The notes beneath the pieces are model-generated. The model worked only from the letters and a program-made list of their open reading frames with translations. It had not been told where the DNA came from and did not search any database. The translations under genes were made by a program, and so were the position numbers. This document shows positions 1 to 11,167 of a stretch of 64,000 nucleotides of DNA, in pieces. Positions within the stretch are counted from its first letter, which is position 1. Every line of letters starts with the position of its first letter. Source of the stretch: Laetmonice hystrix (taxonomy: Eukaryota); the NCBI GenBank assembly GCA_965235115.1, contig OZ249438.1, positions 22,382,001 to 22,446,000 on the forward strand, read 5' to 3'.

Positions 1-1362
1 AGATAAAAAGATGGCCAGTTTGTCATCCTGATCTAGCAGACATGCCTTACGATACTTTTCCTTGTACACACAAGCTGATCTGCATGATTGTTATCAATGA
101 CTGACTGCATTGCCAACACTGCCTTGTTTTCCTCGACGGCCCAGTTTTTTTTGTCTCCCTTCCCTCCTGCACAGCACTATTAGATTCAGTCAGGACGGTG
201 GGATGAGTTATCGTAGAGACTGGGGGAGGGGGGTGGAGTTTCATTCATGTATGTACTCATTACTATGGCCAAGGCATGTTAATTCATTGCCATTGTATTG
301 ATTCAAAATGTTTGCACTGGAGGATGAGGGTAAATAAACAATTACTGCTGTGTTGCTATTTGAGACGGTTTTCACATTATGACAACCCAAGTACGTATAA
401 AAATTCCAAAGAGCCAGACTAACATTTGCATTCGATATGAATCCTTTCTTCTATATTTAGCCTGTGCACACACCGCCGTAAGGGGTATGTTGGTCACAAG
501 GTTCTTCATTTCTACCTTAAATCCATTTTACCATTTTTTTCTTCTTTCGGGTGTTATTTATTGTTTGTTATTTTATTTTTCAGCTGTCAAAAGACATGAG
601 CGCCTGTCAGGAGTAGAGCATGGTTGACTAGTGTTTATCGCCTACTTGCCTCCTTTTGTAGTACCAATTGTTGTTTGTTTAGAGTGACTGCAGAGCTGAA
701 AAGGCACTGGTGTCTCTAGTGTCGCCTGGTTTGGCTGGCACCCAAGGTGGGGGAGAGAGAGTGTTGTCGGGCTGAGATGGAGGAGTGGGGTGGGGTGTAA
801 TGAGGGGACCGTGCCAGGTAGCGGGTGCGTGGATGCAGCCCTGGCTCATTCCATAACAATAGCCGGACGTACCGTACGGAGGCCGGCCACTGGCACCCTA
901 TACACAACCCCCCGACTGATGGCCCGCCGACCGGTCGGGCGGCCTGGCGGGCGGCGACAGACGGGGGTATAGTAACCCATCCCTCACATTGGACCCTACA
1001 CCTACAGAATTAGCTCTCCAATAGCCAGGTGGGGTTCAGCGGCGCCCTGATCTTACCCCACCCTCCCATCTCTCCCCACTTTTATCCTACCCCATCTTCC
1101 CTGCCATTATGCCCGGTGTATATAGACAACACACAAGGGGTGCTTAGGGCCCGCTGGAGACTCCAAGTTTTTGTGGCCCGTGGTATCCGGACGGGTCGCC
1201 AGCTGAGCACCCCCACACCCACACCTTCAAACCTCCGAGCTCCTGCCTGGCCGCCCTGGAGGACCGCAGAGAACGAATAGGGATATCAAGGGAGGAATTA
1301 TGGAAGAGGGATTAATGCTGAGAATGATCATTCAAACGTCAGTACCTGAGGTAGCAAATACC

Positions 1363-1400
1363 GAACACTTATAGTGTCAAAGAACACTTATAGTGTCAAA
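1363..1400. repeat. Perfect 19-bp tandem duplication
   Basis: gaacacttatagtgtcaaa x2; each unit contains the mini-hairpin ACACT-TAT-AGTGT. Confidence 0.9.
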
Positions 1401-2404
1401 ATACTGGATTACTGGAGGGGACAGATGATGGCTGGACCATGGTACAGACCGGTAACTCGATTCTCAGACAGAAAGATGACAAGATGGGGTGGGGGGAATG
1501 TGTTTGGCCATGGGCCTGGGGGTAGATTGGGTTACCCTGCCCTACCATGTTGGTCAACTGGGAGATAAACAACGGTAACGCACAGCCCACTTTGACATGC
1601 TGCTTTAGTTAGCTTCTCTAACTGTGTGTTGGTAGGCAGGGAGTGGGGTTGTGTTGGGGGGAGGGGAGGGGGTTAAGTAACATCATCCATGGTATGTGTG
1701 TCCTTGGCGCGCCTGTCTGTATGGAGGACAGGTCAGGAGGCTATCTGCCCTGTCCCTGTCCTTCTAAGGTGAAGGCGGCCACCTCGGGCGGTGCCCACAG
1801 TCTGCCGCCGGTCGGTCGGTCTGGTCGGTGGGCTGGCCGGGGTGGCATGCTTCCACCGTTACATCACTCCCGTTACATATTGAAGAATGGCGCCAGTTGC
1901 CTCCACTCGCCGCTAGGATTATGTAAGCTGTCATGAAGTGGCTGACTCTGGCCAGCGTCTCCCATATGTATAAATACATGCATATCACCTCGCCATTTGC
2001 TCAATACAAATAATCTCTGGCATCAATGTTTCATCAAGGATAATTTCAGCACTGTCTCCTCAAATTAAAAATATATCAGACCATTAAAGTCCTCAGAGAC
2101 CAAGTGTCAGATATTCATATCGGGCAGAGCAGGCCAGCAGCAAAGCTCGCTACCAAACTACATCCTTGGCTGTAATATGAATGTAAAACACGTCCAGGTT
2201 AGAGCAGAGGTTTGGATAGCGGTGAAACGATGAATATTATGTGTTTGTAATCAACAGCCACCAGTGTACATTTGGCTACTTTAATTTTACCAAGCCTTGG
2301 GATCAAGGCTCCTGCCTCCACTACCCCCTCAGTCCTGCACCCCCCCCCCCCCGCCACGCCGGTTGTGCCTAGTTGCCCGGTCGCCATACTCTCTCCTAGA
2401 CCCC

Positions 2405-2925
2405 TTATGCTAATGAGGCGCTAAGGGCCCGAGCCAATTTGCATACAGTGTTCTAGCGTGGCAGTTAAAATCGATCAGCGGCCACTCCGGTTGTGTCATA
2501 GTCACAGAGGCAGGCTGGCCAACATGTCTCCTATTGTCATCACTGCTTCATGACGTCATTGCGCAACACCGCCTTTGTGCTGCGCGGCCGCACGTGCGCC
2601 TCTGGGAGAGGTGTTGTCAATGTGAACGCCTGTGAACCCGCATCTAAGATTCACGGTCGCTGTCTAATTTGCATACGACCTATGTGTGTGTTTTTTTTGT
2701 GTCATTTCTCTTCACATCCGACTGTGCCACTCACTGACCAATGATTGGGCAGCAGTGCTACAGCTTGGCAGGCTTGACTGATATAATTAGCAAAATATCC
2801 TTGGTTCCCTTTGCTGTTTTCCTTGGCCTTAAGTTTTCTGGCAAAGCCCACGGTCCTTCTCTACGCTACAGCCTCTACTTATATTCAGGTTTTTTTTTTC
2901 AAAGACGACTTTGGATATTTGCATT
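2405..2925. promoter_or_regulatory. Enhancer-like motif cluster in intron 2
   Basis: Three perfect octamers ATTTGCAT (2437, 2667, 2917), ATGCTAAT near 2407, a full CRE TGACGTCA (2551), an E-box CACGTG (2591) and a palindromic double CCAAT CCAATGATTGG (2738-2748). Confidence 0.45.
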
Positions 2926-5900
2926 TAAATGGTAGAACGAATGTGACATCACTTCACTTGTTTTATCTGAATTCAAAATCGATTGACCGCCACACAGTTC
3001 GCCCTCCCACCAAACCATCAAACCGACACACACACTTATTTGGCATGCAATGGGGTAGTTGAATAACCCCTCCACGGAGGGATGGGGCAGCCGGCAGAAA
3101 GAAGGGCCTGCTGGACGGAGGTACGGTTTGGGGGTGGCCGCCCAGGGCCCCTGTCCCCGCCAGCCCCCTCCCCCTCCCCCTCCTCCCTCCTCCATGGGCC
3201 GGCGGCCGGCCGACCGACCGACCGGCCAGCCGGCGCACCCAGTGCCTCCCCCTGACGGTCGGCGCCGTGTCCCCACTGTTCGATGCTTGTCCCCTGGCCA
3301 CGGAGGCCTGGCCAACAAACACTGAAGAGACATTATCGATCGCCAGCCTTTCTCACCTCGCAAGGACAGTCCCATGAATAATTACTGCAGAGACAGCACA
3401 AATTGGCTGCTGCAGGCACACAAAATGCAAAATGGGCGACAATGACCGTCTTTCATTTGATTTTTCAGGCTGGCCTAATAAACAGAGTTGTTGTGCAGCA
3501 AAGCCATCGTCGACGTCTTGAAGAGTTCACCGTTCGATGACATACAGTTCTTAATGACTTGCAATGCACTGCAAGACAAAAGATGCCTCTTTTTTCTTGA
3601 GAAACCCAGGCTAAGTACAAGTGGGGGAGCCTGAAATCTGCAATGTTTTGCCCATTACCAACGAAGGTTGGAGAAAATATTGTGCACTTCTCAATAGATC
3701 TATTGTGTTGTTTGGCTGAGTGATTCATTATGTAACATGGCTAAATGCTATTGGTCTCCATGAAGTACAACTCTCTGAAACAATACGAAACACATGCCAT
3801 AATTGAGTTCCATTTCTCTCAATTTTGCGCAAATGTTCTAATAATTTTGTACTTTAATTGCATTTGTTAGTGTGCCTTCATGATGTCATTTACAGTGTAG
3901 TCAGGAATTCTGGGCATCTGCAACTAGCTTGCTATAAAATCTCACCTAATTTGGCATGCACCATTGTCTACCTGATTACTCTAAGTGGCATGTTTGTTAA
4001 GAATACATAAGCCATAGAATTCTGGTAGAATATGAACTTTGGAATTACCTGGTGAACAGCTGAATTTAGTATGAGCCAAAAAACCCTGATGTATTGTGAT
4101 GAGTTCGGTAAGTTTCAAATTGGTGTTCTGTTTGGTTGGTAATGGACGTCACAGGCTACAGACACAGTTAATAACATTGGCTGTGACATGTTTTATCACG
4201 CTGTGGTTTAACGGCAAGGCTATTTTCAAAACAGTCCACTGTCACCAAGCAGTGAATTATACTACTCAGTGCTGCAGATCTGTCTCTGCCCAGAGTTGCA
4301 CAGTATTATTTGGTTGCCTTTAGCCCTGCGCCATAATGGCCACTACTTTACGATAGCGGGGGAAGCATCATTTTCCCAGCTAACCCTTGCGGGCGTCAGC
4401 ACCGATGTCCATGTAGAGAAACCGCCCTCCAGCCACGGGTGTCCAACAACAGGACAACAGTGGCGCCAGTTGAGCACATACTAAAACTGGCCCGAATATC
4501 GCACACTGCCCACTGTGGTGCTGGGGTACAGGGAAGGGGGTGGGGGTAAGGGGGGCAGGGGGAGGCGGGACAGCCCGGCCTGCTTAAGTTTCTGCCCTCA
4601 AGCATCAGCAGGTAATTGTGGGACGAACACATCACGCAATCTCTCAGCGACTGCTCCTTAACGAACAGGTATACATAACCCCAGCATTTTACTGTCCACT
4701 TCCATATCTTATAACATAACAATTCGGTTATTATTCCTCATCCTCACTGCCCTTCCATCTACATCAACTGTAATCACAAACACATCAAATCCAAACTCAC
4801 TCCATATATCACAGAAACACTCTACAGACGGCAACCACTGCCAGATTCTATTAATAGAGAACATAGCAGGTTGGCTCTAAATATATACAACAGCTTTCAT
4901 TATGGGTTAGAAAACTTCCCTTTCCTTTTTTGTAATAATTGAACACTGTAATTAAAGATAGTTTGCACATACGTCCTGTCATAGCCTCGTGCAAATCACT
5001 TAGAGCAGCATTGATGAAGTAATCATGCATTTTTCTTACTTTTTTTTCAACTTGCTCCATCAAAAGCTTTTCCCCAAAGTTGTTTGATATAAAGCCTCTG
5101 GTAATGTGGTTTGAAACGCAAGCTCGGAACAGACATCATACCTATTAAGAAAGCCCCGTGTCCTGTCTGTTTCGCTGAGAATAAAGCAGCTAAAAATACA
5201 GAGTGCATTTAGCCTAAAAGCAATGTGTTATATCTCGACTGATTACTGAACGGTTCAGAATTTTAAAACAAAGTGCACTAATTTAAAACAAAGGAGCTTA
5301 AATGCAAAAGCTGTGGATTAAATTGAATTCCATCAAAATGAAAGCTTATAAATGGGTGCGTCATTTGCCATTCTGAAGCCCTCCCCCATTGCCATGTTTG
5401 TATTTTCAGGCAGCGTGGACTGCGACTTTCCCATCACATGCCTTGCTGGCACTCATGAAGTAGTTTTTCTCTTGCCCTCCTCATAAGCACTCCGTGTTGT
5501 CCTTTCCCATGCTATGGGCATAAGGAGCAAAGCGGAGGGATATAGGTAGAGATCTATGGGCATTTTTCCTGCTGGCCTTTCGGGGCCTCTGACACGGGCT
5601 TGGTGTGCCATGGGTGGATTTTTGGCCAGGTTTTCACAAACAGGCTGCTCGGTAGAGGCTGGTTCTCATGGCAGAATTAACCCGACTAGCCCCGACTGGC
5701 CGCTGAGCTGCTGTCGGCCTCCTCCTCCCCTCCTCCCCTCCTCCTCATCCTCCCTTTCCTCCCCCCCCCCCCAGTATCCCGATGGCACCATGCACCACTG
5801 TCTTCTACAGCAGCACCACTGTGCACGGCCGACACCGCCACCACCACCATTGTCCCCGTTGTGCAACCTAATTATGAGATACTGGTTCTTTTAATGAATG

Positions 5901-8900
5901 TGGCCAGCAAAAAATCTGTGCCTCAGAGAGTACAGGTGGTAATTGAATTCCAGCATGCAGCCGTCCAACACTAGAGTACAAATTGTGCAGGGCTGGTGGT
6001 GCCAGGGACCCTGATGGCAACGGTAAAGCTTGGGGGAGGGGATGAAGGTGTGGATATAGAGGACTGGAGGCAGGATTAACAAGAGAGGTGCTTTATGGAC
6101 ACAGCTAGATTATGAGTGATGTGACCACTCTCAGCTTTGCTACTGAAGCACTTTCACTTGCGGCTGGTCAGAGAACACTTGAGCTTTCAGGTCGTAATTA
6201 GCAAGCACTCTATATGCATGTATACATCTGACGTTGCGTACATTATCAAAGCGGGGAGTTGGAGAATCACCCTGGGCTATGTATGGCTTAACCCAGCTGG
6301 ACTCTACTGGCTTGACAAATCCATCCCTACCTGCCCTCACCAAGGGACCCCTCTCCACACGCATCTGGTGGTGCTTTGTCGGCGTCCAGCCTTATCTACA
6401 CCTTGCATCTAACCTTGCCTGCCTACCGAGTCTGTCAGCCTGGAGATGGAGCTCTCTCTGAGCCGGGGTCTCCTCCGTCCTCCCATATAGCAGCTGCTGC
6501 AACATGGCCCCCTTTGCTCTGTCACCCCCGAGCCTCTACAGCAGAATTATGAACACCTTAGGTGCCCAGTCCTTCCCGAATCAACATTTTATCCATGGCC
6601 TTCATGCCAAATTTGCAGGCATCTGCTGGCTAATTGCTCGTTGTACATGGAGATGGCAGTGGCGGCAGCTGGCTGGTTGCTTATAGATCCCTTCCCGTGG
6701 CCGTAGTGGTAGCCGCCCCTCTGACCCCTGCTGCGACAGATGGATGGAGAAAGAAGGTGCGGGCCCCAGCCCAGCACTAAGCTCCCCTCCCCCGGCACAG
6801 CCACCTTTTATATCTTTTATGGTGCATAATATCTCCCTCTCCTCCTCATCAGCACCTTGTTCCCAGGATAATATCTTTATTAGCAAAACATCAGCCTTTT
6901 AGTCAGAATCTTATTTAGCTAACATGAATGGATGAGGGGCCTGTTCCCATGGATCACGATCCTGACACTGCCCTAACAACAGACGTGGGTTGAGGGTATT
7001 GCGGATTTTTTTTGTTCTTGTATTTCTCTCCTTTTGAAAGGGGTTCAAAGCCGAATATATATAAACTACAGTTAGATGTGCTCAAGTGTCTCTACCGGCT
7101 ATGTCAGGCTGAACAGCCTGTGTTAAATCACACTGTGTCAGGGCGCACTTGACTGTCTGTGGCGACCTTGTCGTCGGTACAGACAGCTCGGGACGTCTCC
7201 GACATGGCTGGCCTGGTCAGCCGCTGTCAATGGACCACATTCCACACAAACACTTCAAAAGGCAGTGTTCCCGGCCCCTGCTCTCTTGGCTCGTTCCATC
7301 CCGGAATCACATAAACCCACCGGACTATATACCACCACCCCGAATACACCTGCGCACTTTCAGTCGTTCTGGTGACCACAACGTGTAACTTCTCCCCCCC
7401 CCCTCCCAACCTCTATTACCCACTCCCTGCTAGCCGCACTCCCCAGGCAGCGTACATTGGGCACTTAGTCATGGCTTGAACTTTGGGAGGCCTGAGAGAA
7501 TTGTCCACAAGCATGCTGCCTCCAACCAGATCGCCCAAAGTGGAGTGGCCCAGTTGTCACCATGTGTTTGTGCCCCCCCCCCGCCACATACATACACACA
7601 CACTCATACACAAGTCACACCGAAGAAGAAGAGCACCCCCCCCCCCACCATCGGCCTCGGACTGTCGCGTCTTTTGTGTGCAGAGGACATGCTGGTCAAA
7701 GGGCTCGTCCTAGATCCAGAATTACAGCGGGCCGGCCACGCTATGTGACAGCGAGGCGGGCCTGGGGGGCAAACCCTCCCTCCCTCCCTGCCACGTCCGA
7801 GGGTGAGATGGTGGGTGGGTGGGGAGGAGGTTCAGGATCTGTCCTTGCCAGGTGTCCTGACATGCATGACGTCTCTGACCAGCGTCAGCTCAAGTTATAA
7901 TGACCTCCTGCCTCAGGTGTCCCGGACCTTGTCCTTCAGGTCACACCCTGTGGGTACCCCCCCCCCTCCCGTACTCCTCAGGTACCCCTCATAATTAACA
8001 CGCCCCCCCCACTTCACCCCAACCCTTACTCTCTACCACTATCACCCCAACACCACCTTCAATAGAGCACAGAAATACCACCTCTTCAATACTGTCCTTA
8101 TCAGGTTGTCACGCGTCCTTGGTCAGCGGCTAGGCAATCTTTTTACCTACGGTGTCGTGTCAGCGCAAAAAAAAAAATAGTAGCTTTATAATAGTGTCTC
8201 CAATAAAGGTGCTTGCGGGTGGTTATCAGTAAACAATTGATCCTGCAAATCTTCCACGCCTTTCTCTTCTCTATCTATTGAAATACCTTAATTCTACGTA
8301 CAATGTCTGACACCCGAGCAGAGAAATTGGACGTCCTACTTGTGTAATATTTACAATTCCAATGGTAAACTATGACATGGTCTTTTTCTGAGTGGGAGTT
8401 GGGGCGACTGGCAAGCCTCTCCCCACCGCCTTCATCCCCTGTTCAATTATGCACGAGGCAAGGTTCCCCAACCCAACTTTACAATCAATTATGCCTTCAT
8501 TTATTTACAGGTGTTTGGCCAGTTGCTCAGACATGCCAGAATTTAAACATTTTAAATTTGCATTTCTCTGACCTATTGGGGGCCATGTGCGGCATTACGG
8601 CACGACTACATGGCGAATTGTTTGTGTTCAGGTCAGAAGGATAGGTTGGTAGGGGCCTTGGCCTCATTCCAGTGGACAGTGGTAGACTGTCTTAATTATC
8701 TGAGTACTAATTAGCAGGGCAAAGGTTACCGCTTCCTGGCTTAATCACCAGTATTTATTAGGAGGGGGCTCTAGAGGAGATATGCTCTATAATTGACTGG
8801 AATTCATTTATTTCTGACCCATTGGGGTCAGTTGTAGTCTTAATTACTCGCCGGCTGACCTGGTTAGTTATGTAGACATGGCCATGGTGGGCAGGCAAGT

Positions 8901-9619
8901 TAAACAGAAACGTCTTGTATCGAGCATATCTCAGGTTCGAGCCTTTGCACTTCGTAAAAGCAAAAAAGGGGTAACCCCAATCAAATCCACATTTTGTGCT
9001 ATATAAAAACAAAAAAATCTCTTTATTTCTGTACAATATAATGCTTATAGATGAACATTCCATATGTTGTAGCGGACTGATCCAATGAGGTGCACCATAA
9101 AGTACTTGACGATACGATCAGTACTGATAATATGAACCCATGAAACTCTCCGACACATTTTAAATTTCCTTGACCATCAATTTTCCTTATGATATCAAAG
9201 ACTCCAATCGTTATTCTCTCAACCAAAATGGGAAGTCGCCTGACAACATGATATGCCTTATCTATTCAAAGACTGTCACAGAGGACATACCGTTTCTGCC
9301 CTACGTCCTGTCCCAAACAATTCCCGTGGCCACTTAATCTTCTATCAACAGTAGACTAAACTTGCAGGGGCACTGCGCCTTTTTTTCTAAACGATAGTGA
9401 AAACACATTTGATATGTGGTTGGTAAGTGCGTATGACATGTCACGTGATCTGAACATCATCTATTTACGGCTGACATGTCCGGCTATAGGACGTCACCTA
9501 GTACGTCACAACCACGTCCACGCTCTCCAAATATGGTCTAAAACTGCCGGCCAATCGTATCAGCCAAGTGGTGGGGGCTGACAGAGGCTTTAAGTGTTTG
9601 TGGTGATTATATTGAAGGC

Positions 9620-9658
9620 GGGGGTGGGGGTAGGGTGGGGTAGGGGGTTAGGATAGGG
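9620..9658 (+). repeat. G-run cluster with G-quadruplex potential
   Basis: gggggtgggggtagggtggggtagggggttaggataggg: six runs of at least 3 G, with loops of 1-2 nt between the first five runs. Confidence 0.6.
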
Positions 9659-10699
9659 ACGAATGGCTGACCCCGTGCGCTCAACCACTGGATCCGTGAC
9701 ATCTACCCTGGTACGCGGCGGACTAATTGGGCAGGTCGTCAGCATGCCTGTTAACCCCACCCCCCACACTGCCAACCCCTCCACCCCTCCACCCTACTCC
9801 ATCAACAATCCACCTGTACACCTCACCTGCACTGACCTGCGTCCAATCAACCACAGTCGGTACCCCCCTAAAGGTTTCAGCACAGAACTTATACTCAGCC
9901 TCAGGCCTCGGTTACAACTAGTTCGAACGGAAATCATTATCTTAACGCCTTCGCTCTATGTAAGGTATTCTGTTACCCTGTTTAAAGAATACGGACACCA
10001 ATGGACATTATTTAACCGGCTTATTTGTCGTGCCATTTCCCGTTTTTGAAGGCATCAGAGGAGGTCCTATATCGATGTTTAGAGCCGCCACGATATCCAT
10101 TAAAAGAATCATTTTCTTTTATCCATTTTACTTGTGACATCGCAACACCTCATACATTCCTTCAAATTAATGCCAATAAACCTCCATACTCAGTTCCACT
10201 TCGCTTTATCAACTGAAATTCCATCGAAGAATTTTTCATACTGTCCTTAACGATAATCTTTAAATCCCATCTCTGGTGGCCAATAACAAAAAGACAACCT
10301 TCACAATACCCTATTGTCACTTGAGGCGGTACATATACTTACACCCGCGTTCTCGAACGTTGTTGGTGTCCTAATCATCACATGAGAATGAGGAAGCCAG
10401 ATCTGAGACTCACTTTAACTATGTTAGCGTAGATCGTTTTTAAGACCGCAAATCAGATCATCCTGTCTATAGTAAATAGATACTGGCTGCTTTACAAGGC
10501 TGGCGGTAATCTCTTGCCTTTCTTTGTATTTGTGCTATTTAAACCGTTTAAATATTGATGGGATATTCATCAAACATAAGGATGCTTTCATAGCTACACA
10601 GCATATGCCAAGATTTTACCACAATGACATTTGAAGGCTTAGTGAACCATGCATACACTGATCACGCAGTTTGTAATAAGTTAAACTCATGTGACATAC

Positions 10700-11167
10700 C
10701 TGAATTCGTTGTGTTCGACTCGGCATCCACACACTTAGGTTTGCTGGGCCGTTCTGACGTGGCGCCATTTTGTAGAAGCTGGCTGCCCTGCTTGTGTTTG
10801 CTGCTGCTGCTGCTGCTGTTGTTGTTGCTGCCTTCAGTTTTGTCGTTGTTGTCTTCATCTTCGGCCCCCGAGGGGGCCTCCTCCCCTGCCGTGGACACGG
10901 AGTGGGACGGGCGTGGTGACAGTTTCTCCCGTAACTCGGGGGTCCCTTTCCTAGCTATCGGTGCTGATATACTTGTCCTTCGATTATTTATCACACCGCT
11001 TATCGCGTCGTTCTCTTCCGATTCATTGTCAAATTCGTTGTCTTCGAACGGGTCTACATTTTCCTTGTTACACCTATTTACTTTATGTTGTATAAACTTG
11101 ACAATATCACTGAGCAGAAATTCACGCTGGCAGTCCCCGCACGTTAGGTAGTCCTGCTCGTGCTCAA
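10700..11167 (-). CDS. BCL11: BCL11-family zinc-finger transcription factor, coding exon 2 (468 nt, phase 1-1), N-terminal C2HC zinc finger plus acidic and Ser/Asn-rich linker
   Basis: Polypyrimidine acceptor (tttcttgtttttttggttttcttccag), then an open frame: EHEQDYLTCGDCQREFLLSDIVKFIQHKVNRCNKENVDPFEDNEFDNESEENDAISGVINNRRTSISAPIARKGTPELREKLSPRPSHSVSTAGEEAPSGAEDEDNNDKTEGSNNNSSSSSSKHKQGSQLLQNGATSERPSKPKCVDAESNTTNS, then G|GTATGT. The C-x2-C-x14-H-x4-C spacing and the LTCG.CQ..F.L.DI..FI.HK...CN pattern match human BCL11A exon 2 ([28 protein letters not shown]). Confidence 0.95.

Larger units (their letters stand above)
1..10699 (-). other. BCL11: Intron 2 of the BCL11 gene (partial, >10.7 kb; downstream C2H2-finger exon lies outside the window)
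   Basis: Starts with GTATGT at 10699. I found no in-frame exon encoding the expected EP..Y.C..C...F.SAW.L.QH finger between 1 and 10699. Confidence 0.72.

Noticed and set aside
4851-4876. Candidate exon 3: minus-strand tttag|AG CCA ACC TGC TAT GTT (EPTCYV), resembling the expected EPS.Y.C start
   Set aside because: It hits TAA after 8 codons, has no C2H2 finger or donor, and has a weak pyrimidine tract.
7042-8944. Pol III B-box-like motifs (GGTTCAAAGCC at 7042, GGTTCGAGCC at 8934) suggesting tRNA or SINE
   Set aside because: No properly spaced A box, cloverleaf or tail is visible.
9900-10260. Minus-strand fragment VHWCPYSLNRV resembling the hAT transposase C..H.LNL motif
   Set aside because: The conserved His is absent, the frame is short and stop-interrupted, and no TIRs or other transposase motifs were found.
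10624-11151. 175-aa plus-strand ORF (MTFEGLVNHAY...)
   Set aside because: It is the antisense shadow of BCL11 exon 2; its poly-Leu comes from the CAG/CAA repeat.
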